From contig VBPC01000157.1 of NCBI GenBank assembly GCA_005887895.1, positions 69,075 through 133,074 of the forward strand: a stretch of DNA of 64,000 nt, written 5' to 3'. Positions 27,503 through 36,721 of this stretch are shown in pieces. Source of the DNA: Candidatus Rokuibacteriota bacterium (GTDB taxonomy: Bacteria > Methylomirabilota > Methylomirabilia > Rokubacteriales > CSP1-6). The position numbers and the translations under genes were made by a program. The stretch's first letter is position 1, and each line of letters starts with the position of its first letter. The notes beneath the pieces are model-generated. The model was not told the DNA's origin and made no database searches. It was given only the letters and a program-made list of their open reading frames with translations.

Positions 27503-30139
27503 TCAATCGCCGCTCTGCTCGATGAGCTTGGCGACCAGGCCGGTCCACCCCGTCTGATGGTTGGCCCCGATGCCGGCGCCGTCGTCGCCGTGGAAGTACT
27601 CGTAAAACAGGATCAGGTCGCGCCAGTGCGGGTCCTGCTGGAACCGCTCGCTGCCGCCGTAGACGGGCCGCCGCCCGTCGCGGCCGCGCAGGAACAGCCG
27701 CGTGAGGCCGCGGGAGAGCTCGGCCGCCACCTCCCACAGGTTCAGCAGGCGGCTGGAGCCGGTGGGGCACTCGACCTTCAGGTCGTCACCGTAGAAGTGA
27801 TGGAACTTCTGCAGCGACTCGATCAGCAGGTAGTTGACCGGGAACCACACCGGCCCGCGCCAGTTCGAGTTGCCGCCGAAGAGTCCCGTCCGCGACTCGG
27901 CCGGCTCGTAGTCCACCCGGTGCTCGGTGCCGTCGATGCGCAGCAGGTAGGGGTGCTCGCGGTGATAGCGCGACAGGGCCCGGATGCCGTGGGGCGAGAG
28001 GAACTCGTCGCGGTCCAGCATGTAGCCGAGCACGCGCAGCAGCTGGGGGCGCCGCACGATCGACAGCAGGCGCCGGACGCCGCCGCCGGCGCCGACGCGG
28101 GTGGCGACGTGACCGCGGAACTCCGGCCGGTTGTCGATGAACCACTGCATGCGGCGCTTGAAGCCCGGCAGCCGGTCGACCAGCTCCGGCTCCAGCGTCT
28201 CCACCGCGAAGAGCGGGATGAGGCCGACCATGGAGCGGACCTTGAGGCGGCGCACGTCGCCCGGCATGTTGAGGATGTCGTAGTAGAAGCCGTCCTCCTC
28301 GTCCCACAGCGTCTGGCCGTCGCCGAGTTCGTTCATCGCCTTGGCGATGTAGACGAAGTGCTCGAAGAACTTCGAGGCGACGTCCTCGTAGGCCGGGTTC
28401 TCGGCCGACAGCTCCAGCGCGATGGCCAGCATGTTCAGGCAGTACATGGCCATCCACGAGGTGCCGTCGGACTGCTCCAGGCGGCCGCCGCCCGGGAGCG
28501 GCGCCGAGCGGTCGAACACGCCGATGTTGTCGAGGCCGAGAAAGCCGCCCTCGAACACGTTGTTGCCCTGGAAGTCCTTGCGATTCACCCACCAGGTGAA
28601 GTTCAGCAGCAGCTTCTGGAAGGCGCGCTCGAGGAAGAGCCGGTCGGCCACGCCGTTGAGGTTGCGGTCGATCTTGTAGACGCGCCACACCGCCCACGCG
28701 TGCACCGGCGGATTCACGTCGCCGAACGCCCACTCGTAGGCGGGGATCTGGCCGTTGGGGTGCATGTACCACTCGCGCAGGAACAGGATGAGCTGCGCCT
28801 TGGCGAACTCCGGGTCGATCATCGCGAGCGGGATCATGTGGAAGGCGAGGTCCCAGGCGGCGTACCAGGGATACTCCCACTTGTCGGGCATCGAGATGAC
28901 GTCCTCGTTGTAGAGGTGCAGCCACTCGCGGTTGCGGCCCTTGAGCCGGGAGGGCGGCGGCGGCGGCTCGGGCGGGTCGCCGGTCAGCCAGCGCTTCACG
29001 TCGAGATGGTAGAACTGCTTGCTCCACAGCAGGCCGGCGAAGGCCTGCCGCAGGACGCGGCGGGCGTCGTCGGAGGCGCCGTGCTGGCCGAACCGCTCGT
29101 AGAACTCGTCGGCCTCGGCTAGCCGCTCGGCGAAGGTGGCGTCGAAGCTCTTGCCGAAGGGATCGCGCGTGGGCGCGACGTCGGACAGCCGCAAGTGCAG
29201 TGTCGCGCTCTCGCCGGGGGCGAGCATCAGCCGATAGTGGGCGGCGGTCTTGGTGCCGACGCGGGCGGGGTTGATCGCATCCTGGCGGCCGTGGACGACG
29301 TAGTCGTTGAAGCCGTCCTTCACGTAGGCCGAGCCGTTGCGCACGCCCCACAAGCGTTGCTTGTTCGTGTCGTTCTCGGTGAACAGCAGGTCGGCGGCGC
29401 CTTCCACGCTGAGCCAGCGCCGGCCGAGCGTGACGTGCTCGGCCTCGACCGACCGCCAGCCCGGTCGCGAGATGCTCTCGCGCAGGCGGGGCCGCGGCGC
29501 CCCCGGCTCCCACGACCACGTGTTCCGGAACCACAGCGTCGGCAGCAGGTGCAGCGGCGCGCGATCGGGGCCCCGGTTGGTCGCCGTGATGCGAACGAGG
29601 ATGTCGTCGGGCGTCGCCTTGGCGTACTCGACGGTCACGTCGAAGTACCGGTCGCCCTCGAACACGCCGGTGTCGATCAGCTCGTATTCGGTTTGGGTGC
29701 GATCGCGCTGACGGCTCTCCTCCAGCAACCGGGCGTAGGGGTAGGCGGCGTGGGGATACTTGTACAGCCATTTCATGTAGGCATGGGTCGGTGTGGAGTC
29801 GAGGTAGAAGTAGTATTCCTTGACGTCCTCGCCGTGGTTGCCCTCGTGACCGGTCAGGCCGAACAGGCGCTCCTTGAGGATTGGGTCCTGCTCGTTCCAG
29901 AGCGCCAGCGCGAAGCACAGGCGCTGATGGTTGTCCGAGATGCCGGCCAGTCCGTCCTCGCCCCAGCGATAGGCCCGCGAACGCGCGTGCTCGTGGGGGA
30001 AGAACTCCCACGCGGTGCCGTAGGGGCTGTAGTCCTCCCGCACCGTGCCCCACTGCCGCTCGCTCAGGAAGGGACCCCAGCGGCGCCAGTAGGCGCTGCG
30101 CTCCTGAGTCTCTTTCAGACGCTGCTCTTCCGCCTTCAT
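27503..30139 (-). CDS. GH63-like glycoside hydrolase (MGH1/mannosylglycerate-hydrolase-like glucosidase)
   Basis: Start taken at [10 protein letters not shown]. Family-typical stretches: [53 protein letters not shown], and a C-terminal (alpha/alpha)6-type region. Confidence 0.75.
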   Translation of the reverse strand: MKAEEQRLKETQERSAYWRRWGPFLSERQWGTVREDYSPYGTAWEFFPHEHARSRAYRWGEDGLAGISDNHQRLCFALALWNEQDPILKERLFGLTGHEGNHGEDVKEYYFYLDSTPTHAYMKWLYKYPHAAYPYARLLEESRQRDRTQTEYELIDTGVFEGDRYFDVTVEYAKATPDDILVRITATNRGPDRAPLHLLPTLWFRNTWSWEPGAPRPRLRESISRPGWRSVEAEHVTLGRRWLSVEGAADLLFTENDTNKQRLWGVRNGSAYVKDGFNDYVVHGRQDAINPARVGTKTAAHYRLMLAPGESATLHLRLSDVAPTRDPFGKSFDATFAERLAEADEFYERFGQHGASDDARRVLRQAFAGLLWSKQFYHLDVKRWLTGDPPEPPPPPSRLKGRNREWLHLYNEDVISMPDKWEYPWYAAWDLAFHMIPLAMIDPEFAKAQLILFLREWYMHPNGQIPAYEWAFGDVNPPVHAWAVWRVYKIDRNLNGVADRLFLERAFQKLLLNFTWWVNRKDFQGNNVFEGGFLGLDNIGVFDRSAPLPGGGRLEQSDGTSWMAMYCLNMLAIALELSAENPAYEDVASKFFEHFVYIAKAMNELGDGQTLWDEEDGFYYDILNMPGDVRRLKVRSMVGLIPLFAVETLEPELVDRLPGFKRRMQWFIDNRPEFRGHVATRVGAGGGVRRLLSIVRRPQLLRVLGYMLDRDEFLSPHGIRALSRYHREHPYLLRIDGTEHRVDYEPAESRTGLFGGNSNWRGPVWFPVNYLLIESLQKFHHFYGDDLKVECPTGSSRLLNLWEVAAELSRGLTRLFLRGRDGRRPVYGGSERFQQDPHWRDLILFYEYFHGDDGAGIGANHQTGWTGLVAKLIEQSGD

Positions 30140-30210
30140 GCCTTTCGGGTCCCCCGCCGACCCCACGCGATCGAGGTCGTGCCGGAGAGTCTGCGGCGAG
30201 CGGCCACCCC

Positions 30211-30261
30211 GAGTCAACCGCCCGTTAACTCCTTGACTCCCCCCACCCGTTGCCAAATAGT
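30211..30261 (+). promoter_or_regulatory. sigma-70-like promoter with an overlapping inverted repeat (candidate operator) for the peptide ABC operon
   Basis: The inverted repeat GAGTCAA-N15-TTGACTC spans 30211-30239. Its right arm supplies a -35 TTGACT, and AATAGT lies 17 nt downstream. Confidence 0.35.
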
Positions 30262-30314
30262 AGGCGCACTCGTCCGCGCCGCCTATCCGACGGCGCGGCG
30301 ACCGGAGGGCCTGG

Positions 30315-31241
30315 TTGTTTCAATACATCGTCTCCCGGTTGCTGTGGCTGGTTCCGACGCTCCTGGCCATGGCCCTGGTGACGTTTCTCGTCATGCACGC
30401 CACCCCGGGGAGCCCGCTCGACCCCGTCGCCGAGGGGGCCAACCCCCTCTCGCCGGAGGCCCAGAAGAACCTGGCCGCCCACTATGGCCTCGACAAGCCG
30501 CTGTGGCAGCAGTTCGTGATCTTCGTCAGCAAGGCCGCCCGCGGCGACTTCGGCTTCTCGTTCGTGTACAAGACCCGCACCGTTGCCGAGATCCTGCGCG
30601 AGACGTTTCCCGTCTCGCTGTTCCTCGGCTCGATGGCCCTCGTCCTCGCCGTCGCCGGCGGCCTCAGCCTCGGCATCCTGGCCGCCATCCACCAGAACCG
30701 GGGGTGGGACTACGTGTCGGTCTCGCTGGCGACGGTGGGCGTCGCCGTGCCCAACTTCGTGCTGGCGGTCTTTCTGATCATCCTCTTCTCGTTCGCGATC
30801 CCTCTCTTTCCCACCGGCGGCTGGGACTCGCCGCGTGACTGGGTGCTGCCCACGGTGACGCTGGCGCTGGCGCCGATGGGCATCATCGCGCGCTTCACGC
30901 GGGCCAGCATGCTGGAGGTCATCCGGGCCGACTACACGCTGACCGCGCGCGCCAAGGGCCTGGCCGAGGCGCCGGTGATCTTCAAGCACGCGCTGAAAAA
31001 TGCGCTGATTCCGGTCGTCACGCTGCTGGGCCCGCTGTTCGCCGCCGTCGGCACCGGCTCGTTCTTCGTGGAGACGATCTTTCGCGTGCCGGGCATGGGC
31101 CGCTTCTTCGTGCTCTCGATGACCGGGCGCGACTACCCGATGATCATGGCCGTGGTCCTGACGTACGGCGTGTTCCTGGCCGTGATGAACCTCGTCGTCG
31201 ACCTCACCTATGGCGCTCTCGACCCCCGTATCAGATATTAG
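30315..31241 (+). CDS. ABC transporter permease (peptide/nickel family, DppB/OppB-like)
   Basis: TTG start with a GGAGGG RBS. Sequence (M)[27 protein letters not shown] with about 6 TM helices and an EAA-like loop. Confidence 0.85.
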   Translation: MFQYIVSRLLWLVPTLLAMALVTFLVMHATPGSPLDPVAEGANPLSPEAQKNLAAHYGLDKPLWQQFVIFVSKAARGDFGFSFVYKTRTVAEILRETFPVSLFLGSMALVLAVAGGLSLGILAAIHQNRGWDYVSVSLATVGVAVPNFVLAVFLIILFSFAIPLFPTGGWDSPRDWVLPTVTLALAPMGIIARFTRASMLEVIRADYTLTARAKGLAEAPVIFKHALKNALIPVVTLLGPLFAAVGTGSFFVETIFRVPGMGRFFVLSMTGRDYPMIMAVVLTYGVFLAVMNLVVDLTYGALDPRIRY

Positions 31242-32127
31242 GCCGGCCGACGTGCCGCCAATCGCGCGGGCGGCGGCGGCCACGCGGGGGACGAGCCTGT
31301 GGCGCGACGGGCTGCGGCGGCTGCTGCGGAATCGGCTGGCGATGGCGGGCGGCGTGGTGATCGTGCTGCTGTGCCTGATCGCGATCTTCGCCGACGTCTT
31401 GATGCCGCTGCCCTACACCAAGCCCAACTTCGAGCGGCTCAACGAGCCGCCCTCGCGGTCGTATCCGCTCGGCACCGACGCGCTGGGCCGCGACCTGCTC
31501 TCGCGCATGATCTACGGCGCGCGCATCTCGATGCTGGTGGGCCTCGGCGCCCAGTTGCTCGTCGTCGCGATCGGCGTGCCGATCGGCGCGATCTCGGGAT
31601 ACCTGGGCGGCCGCACCGACGTGATCCTCACCCGCTTCATCGACGTCATGTACGCGTTCCCCCGCCTGCTGTTCGTCATCCTCGTGATGTCGATGCTGGG
31701 CGCCGGGCTGCTGAACATCTTCATCGCCATCGGGCTCACCGGCTGGGTCGGCATCGCGCGCCAGACCCGCGCCCAGGTGCTGGCGCTCAAGGGCAAGGAG
31801 TTCGTGGACGCCGCCCGCGGGCTCGGCGTGCGCGGCGGGCGGCTGCTGCTGCGCCACATCCTGCCCAACGCGCTGACGCCGATCGTGGTGTCGGTGACGT
31901 TCGGCATCCCCGAGGCGATCTTCACCGAGGCCGCCCTGTCGTTCATCGGCGTCGGCATCAATCCGCCGACGCCGTCGTGGGGCCAGATGGTCGGCGAGGG
32001 GCAGCAGTTCATCCGCTCGTACTGGCATCTCTGCGTATTCCCGGCGATCGCCATCGCGATCACCATGCTGTCGTTCACCTTCTTCGGCGACGGGGTCCGC
32101 GATGCTCTCGACCCGAAGATGAAATAG
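31210..32127 (+). CDS. ABC transporter permease (DppC/OppC-like)
   Basis: The N-terminus ..LWRDGLRRLLRNRLAMAGGVVIVLL.. is typical of OppC. The ATG at 31210 overlaps the upstream gene by 32 nt; an alternative GTG lies at 31252. Confidence 0.8.
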   Translation: MALSTPVSDIRPADVPPIARAAAATRGTSLWRDGLRRLLRNRLAMAGGVVIVLLCLIAIFADVLMPLPYTKPNFERLNEPPSRSYPLGTDALGRDLLSRMIYGARISMLVGLGAQLLVVAIGVPIGAISGYLGGRTDVILTRFIDVMYAFPRLLFVILVMSMLGAGLLNIFIAIGLTGWVGIARQTRAQVLALKGKEFVDAARGLGVRGGRLLLRHILPNALTPIVVSVTFGIPEAIFTEAALSFIGVGINPPTPSWGQMVGEGQQFIRSYWHLCVFPAIAIAITMLSFTFFGDGVRDALDPKMK

Positions 32128-32149
32128 GCATTCCACTCAGGAGGATTCC

Positions 32150-33886
32150 ATGAAGCGTCCCCCGATTTCCGATGCCCAGATGGACCTGCTGGCCGAGCGC
32201 CTGCGCGCGGTCGGCGTCGGACGCCGCGACTTCCTGCGCGTCGCCGCCGGCCTCGCCGCGCTCGGCACCGCGGGCGTCGGCGCCCGCGCCGCCGCGGCCG
32301 CGCCCAGGCTCGCGCCGGGCGAGAAGCTGGCCCGGGAGCAGCACCTCCGCTTCGGCGGTGGCGGCCTCTACCAGAGCGAGCCCTCCAGCCACGACTTCAA
32401 CAAGGATCTCTACTGCTCGGGCGTTCCGACGCTGTTCGCGGGTCTCATGAAGTTCAACGTCGGCTTCGAGGCGGTGCCGTACGTCGCCGAGAAGGTCACG
32501 CCGAACAAGGACGGCTCGGTGTGGACGTTCGCGATCCGCAAGGACTCGAAGTGGTCGGACGGCAGTCCGTGCAGCGCCAAGGACTTCGAGTGGTCGTGGA
32601 AGCGCCAGCTCGATCCGGCGTCGGCGGCACCCTACGCGTCGTTCCTCTACGACATCAAGAACGGCGAAGCCTTCAACAAGAAGCAGCTCGCCGACGCGTC
32701 CCAGGTCGGCGTGCGCGCCAGGGACGACTGGACGCTGGAGGTCACGCTGGAAGGCCCGCGCGGCTACTTCCCCGTCCTCACCGCCTACCTGGCCGCGCTG
32801 CCGGCCAACAAGGCGGCCGTCGACAAGCACGGCGACAAGTGGACGGAGGCCGGCAACATCGTCTGCAACGGGCCGTTCGTCCTCGAGACGTGGGAGCACA
32901 ACAAGTCGATGGTCCTGCGGAAGAACAAGCATTTCTTCGGCGCCAAGGACGTCACGCTCGAGAAGGTGACGATCCCGATCATCCCCGTCGCCTCCGGCGC
33001 CCTGTCGTACGAGAACAACGAGGTCGACCTCACCGCCCTGCAGACCGGCGACCTCAAGCGGCTGCAGACCGATTCCCGGACCGAGAAGCAGGTGTTCCGC
33101 TACCCGTTCCCGGGCACGTGGTACCTGACGCCGCAAGTCACCAAGCCGCCGTTCGACAACCTGCAGGTGCGACGCGCAGTCGCCCATGCAATCGACCGCG
33201 AGAGCGTGGTGAAGGTCGCCCAGGGTTTCGCCATCCCGGCGCACGCGATGATCCCGCCCGGCTTCCCGGGGGCGCTCGACGACAAGAAGACCCGCGACCT
33301 GCAGCGCTTCGACCCGAAGCTCGCCATGGCCCAGCTGAAGGGCACGCCCTTCGAGGGCGGCAAGAACTGGCCGCGCATCGTGCTGTCCATGCGCGACGAG
33401 GCGCTCGGCAGCAAGCCGCTGGCCGAGGCGGTGCAGTCCGTGCTCCTCGAGCACCTGAACATGAAGACCGAGCTCGAGGTGCTGGAGCCGCGCGTGTTCC
33501 GCGAGCGGCTGTGGAAGCAGGACCTCCAGTTCGTGTGGATCCGCTGGTTCATGGACTATCCGGATCCGCACAACGAGTACTTCGACACCTTCTACGGCAA
33601 GAAGACGACCGGCAAGCGCCAGGCCTGGAGCAACGACGCCTTCGACAAGGAGCTGGAGGCGGGCCGCGACACGCGCGACACGAAGAAGCGGCTGGTGAGC
33701 TACGCGAAGGCCGAGGAGATCCTCCAGTCCGACGTCGGCTACGTTCCCGTCGCCTGGGTCGCGCGCTACGCGGCGGCCAAGCCGACCGTGCGCGGCCTCG
33801 AGAAGAACAAGCAGGGTGAGTACGTCATCGACGGCAACATCTACGTCGACATGCTGGCTCACATCTACATGGTCGAGAAGGCCTAG
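32150..33886 (+). CDS. ABC transporter substrate-binding protein, family 5 (peptide/nickel), TAT-exported
   Basis: GGAGGA RBS and a twin-arginine signal (GRRDFLRVAAGLAALGTAGVGARAAAA). It is 578 aa with the SBP_bac_5-like layout. Confidence 0.85.
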   Translation: MKRPPISDAQMDLLAERLRAVGVGRRDFLRVAAGLAALGTAGVGARAAAAAPRLAPGEKLAREQHLRFGGGGLYQSEPSSHDFNKDLYCSGVPTLFAGLMKFNVGFEAVPYVAEKVTPNKDGSVWTFAIRKDSKWSDGSPCSAKDFEWSWKRQLDPASAAPYASFLYDIKNGEAFNKKQLADASQVGVRARDDWTLEVTLEGPRGYFPVLTAYLAALPANKAAVDKHGDKWTEAGNIVCNGPFVLETWEHNKSMVLRKNKHFFGAKDVTLEKVTIPIIPVASGALSYENNEVDLTALQTGDLKRLQTDSRTEKQVFRYPFPGTWYLTPQVTKPPFDNLQVRRAVAHAIDRESVVKVAQGFAIPAHAMIPPGFPGALDDKKTRDLQRFDPKLAMAQLKGTPFEGGKNWPRIVLSMRDEALGSKPLAEAVQSVLLEHLNMKTELEVLEPRVFRERLWKQDLQFVWIRWFMDYPDPHNEYFDTFYGKKTTGKRQAWSNDAFDKELEAGRDTRDTKKRLVSYAKAEEILQSDVGYVPVAWVARYAAAKPTVRGLEKNKQGEYVIDGNIYVDMLAHIYMVEKA

Positions 33887-33930
33887 CGCCGTCGGGGGCG
33901 GGCGGGGCGGGCTGACACCGGGGGTTGCTG

Positions 33931-34428
33931 ATGACTGATGAGCGGAGGCTGAGGGACGAGTTGTACGCGGCGTTCAAGAATCGGGCGATGGTGTATCGTC
34001 ATTTCTTCGAGATGCTGCGGGCCGAGCATGGGGAAGCGCGCGCGACGGAGATGATGGGGCGGGCGATCTACGCGCGGGGGACGGAGATCGGCCGGCGGTT
34101 CGCGCGCTATGCGCCGGCCGACCTCGCCGGTCTTCGCGAGGCGTTTGTCGGCGGGGTGCCGGACGAGGGACGGATGTTCGCGCCGAAGGTGACCCGTTGC
34201 GACGCGGGCGGGCTCGACATCGAGCTCGAGCGCTGCCCGCTGCAGGACGCCTGGCGCGAGGCCGGGCTGCCGGATGCGGAGATCGCGCGCCTCTGCCAGA
34301 TCGCCGGCCGCATCGACAACGGGACGTTCGAGGCCGCCGGCTTCGAGTTCTCCGCCGATACGTGGCAGCCCGGGCGCGAGGGCTGCTGCCACCTCCACAT
34401 CCGGCCGGGAGGCGCGCAAAGACGCTAG
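33931..34428 (+). CDS. L-2-amino-thiazoline-4-carboxylic acid hydrolase-like (ATC_hydrolase family) protein
   Basis: Pattern recalled from that family: the N-terminal helices ..MVYRHFFEMLR..G..A.E.M and the Cys-containing C-terminus (ERCPL.., LCQIAGRIDNGTFE.., GCCHLHI). The family call is tentative. Confidence 0.5.
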   Translation: MTDERRLRDELYAAFKNRAMVYRHFFEMLRAEHGEARATEMMGRAIYARGTEIGRRFARYAPADLAGLREAFVGGVPDEGRMFAPKVTRCDAGGLDIELERCPLQDAWREAGLPDAEIARLCQIAGRIDNGTFEAAGFEFSADTWQPGREGCCHLHIRPGGAQRR

Positions 34429-34450
34429 CGCAGGAGCCCGCCCTCGGGGC

Positions 34451-35662
34451 ATGCTGCGGCCGGCGGCCATGAACAAGGTCCTGCTTCGCCTGCTGCCGGG
34501 CGCCGCACTCCTGCTGGCGGTGACCATCGCGCTCCGCTCTCCCTCCCTGCGGGCCGGGCTGTCGCCGCTCGTGCCCGCCTATCCGCTGGTCGTCCTCGGC
34601 GGCGGCATCCTGCTCGGCTGGCGCTTCGATCGCAGCCGGCTCGTGCTGGTGCTCGCCGTGCTGCTCCTGGCTGAGCGCGCGCTGCAGGTGTGGGCGCCGA
34701 TCGAGGGTGGTGGCGAGGTCGGCCGGGCCGTCTTCGGCGCGCTCTCGCTCCTCGTGCCGCTGGACCTCGCCGCGCTGGCCTGGCTGCCCGAGCGTGGGCT
34801 CCTGGCCCGCCACGGCCGACTGGTCTTCGGCCTGTTGGCGGCGGAGATCGTGTTGATCGCGGTGCTCTGCCAGCCGCTGTTCCTGCCGCTGGCCGGCCGC
34901 ATGGACGCCCCGCGCGGCCTCGGCGCGCTCTCGCCGGCGTCGCTGATCGTCTTCGCCCTGGCGTTCGTCGTGCTGGCCCGGCGCGCCGTGCTGCAGGTGA
35001 CCGCGCTCGAGAGCGGCGCCGTCTGGAGCCTGGTCGCCGCCTTCCTCGCGCTGGGCGCCGGCGGCGGCGGACTCGACTCGAGCGCGTACTTCGCCACGGG
35101 TGGGCTGATCCTCGTGCTGTCGCTCATCGAGACGTGGCACGGCATGGCCTACGACGACGAGCTGACCGGGCTGCCGGCCCGGCGTGCCCTCAACGAAGCG
35201 CTGGCGCGGCTGCGCGGCGTCTACACGGTGGCCATGATCGACATCGACCACTTCAAGCGCTTCAACGACGAGCACGGCCACGACATCGGCGATCAGCTCC
35301 TGAGAATGGTCGGCGCGCGGCTGGCCGACATCGGCGGCGGTGGGCGCGCCTTCCGGTACGGCGGCGAGGAGTTCGCGGTCCTGTTCCAGGGCAAGGACGT
35401 CGACGAGACCCGCGGCCATCTCGAGGCGTTGCGGCGCACGATCGAGGACTCGCCCTTCACGCTGCGCGGGCCGGCTCGCCCCCGGACCAGGCCGGAGTCG
35501 CCGGCGCCCGCCGCCGCCGACCGCCGGCGCATCGCGGTCACGGTGAGCATCGGCGCGGCCGCGGCCGACCGCAGCGAGCCGAGCGCCGAGGAGGTCGTGC
35601 GCGCGGCCGACCAGGCGCTCTATCGGGCCAAGGAGGCGGGGCGAAACCAGGTCTGTACGTGA
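34451..35662 (+). CDS. membrane-anchored diguanylate cyclase (GGDEF)
   Basis: About 6 hydrophobic helices followed by a GGDEF domain (TGLPARRAL.., RYGGEEFAVLF). An alternative ATG lies at 34469. Confidence 0.8.
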   Translation: MLRPAAMNKVLLRLLPGAALLLAVTIALRSPSLRAGLSPLVPAYPLVVLGGGILLGWRFDRSRLVLVLAVLLLAERALQVWAPIEGGGEVGRAVFGALSLLVPLDLAALAWLPERGLLARHGRLVFGLLAAEIVLIAVLCQPLFLPLAGRMDAPRGLGALSPASLIVFALAFVVLARRAVLQVTALESGAVWSLVAAFLALGAGGGGLDSSAYFATGGLILVLSLIETWHGMAYDDELTGLPARRALNEALARLRGVYTVAMIDIDHFKRFNDEHGHDIGDQLLRMVGARLADIGGGGRAFRYGGEEFAVLFQGKDVDETRGHLEALRRTIEDSPFTLRGPARPRTRPESPAPAAADRRRIAVTVSIGAAAADRSEPSAEEVVRAADQALYRAKEAGRNQVCT

Positions 35663-36672
35663 GTGCCGGCGCGCATCGCGACGGCTTCGTCTCGCCGCTG
35701 GCGACCTGGTTTGCCGGTCCCGCCGCCGTCACGCGCTTCCGTCGTGCCCGGCTGGGCCGGGCGCCGGTCGTGCTGCCGCCGCGCAATCCGGACTGGCGAC
35801 AGCTCGCGCCCGACTTCGCCGGCGCGGTGGCGATGGCCGCCTCCGGCCTGCCCTTCCAGATCGCCGACGACCGCCGCTACGACCGAAGTGCGGACCCGCG
35901 TCGTCTCCGCCGGGCGCTGGCGAGCGGCGGGACGGTGTTCCTGCCGCAGGTCCACCAGGCGCTGCCGCGCCTCATGCGGCTGATGGTCGCCCTCCGGGTG
36001 GCGCTGCTCGGCCCGCGGCTCGACGAGTGCTCGTTCCTGTTCCTCGTGGAGGGCCGGGGCCGTACCGGCATGGGGCTGCATCACGACGGGGCCGTCGACG
36101 CCTTCTGGCTCCAGCTCGAGGGCCGGCGCACCGTGACACTGGGGCCACGCGTGGCGCCGGGCACGCCGGCCGATCTCGACCGCCCGGTGCGACCGGGCGC
36201 AGGCTGGCGCACGCTCGAGCTGGCCCCGGGCACGCTCTTTCACCTGCCGCCGTGGACGCCGCACGACGTCGTCTGTCACGGCCGCTCGCTGGCCTTGTCG
36301 CTCACGTGGAGCCGGCCCCGGCGTGCCCGGCGCGGCGGAGCCGCGTGGACCCGCGCGCTCGTCGCCTGGGACGTCGCCTCCGGGCGCGTCGACACCATCC
36401 CCCCGACGTCGCGGTCGCGGCTCTTCACCCAGGTGCCGACGACGCCTCGCGGCGCGAGGCTCGTCACCGCCGACGGCGCGCTCCGGCTGCCGCCGGCCGC
36501 GCGGCGTCTTGCGCGGCGGCTGGCGCTCATGCCGAGCTTCCCCGCGCCCGCCGGCGGCCGCGCGCGCGCGGCGCTGGGACCGCTGCTCGCCCACGGGATC
36601 GTCGCGCCCCAGGATCTGCCGCTCCGGATCGCGCCGGCCGAGCCGCGCGCGCTCGACGGCTGGCGGTTCTGA
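35659..36672 (+). CDS. JmjC/cupin-4-like Fe(II)/2-oxoglutarate oxygenase family protein
   Basis: The GTG start overlaps the GGDEF stop (GTGA). The HxD..H facial-triad pattern is present: GLHHDGAVDAFWLQLEGRR...PPWTPHDV. Confidence 0.6.
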   Translation: MSAGAHRDGFVSPLATWFAGPAAVTRFRRARLGRAPVVLPPRNPDWRQLAPDFAGAVAMAASGLPFQIADDRRYDRSADPRRLRRALASGGTVFLPQVHQALPRLMRLMVALRVALLGPRLDECSFLFLVEGRGRTGMGLHHDGAVDAFWLQLEGRRTVTLGPRVAPGTPADLDRPVRPGAGWRTLELAPGTLFHLPPWTPHDVVCHGRSLALSLTWSRPRRARRGGAAWTRALVAWDVASGRVDTIPPTSRSRLFTQVPTTPRGARLVTADGALRLPPAARRLARRLALMPSFPAPAGGRARAALGPLLAHGIVAPQDLPLRIAPAEPRALDGWRF

Positions 36673-36676
36673 CATG

Positions 36677-36720
36677 GATGGGGGGCCCCGAAGGGCCCCC
36701 CAATCCCAAAGACCAAGCGC
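36677..36720 (-). repeat. partial copy of the repeat (second hairpin half)
   Basis: The reverse complement reads GCGCTTGGTCTTTGGGATTGGGGGGCCCTTCGGGGCCCCCCATCC. It sits between the convergent cupin and NYN genes. Confidence 0.55.
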
Positions 36721-36721
36721 C

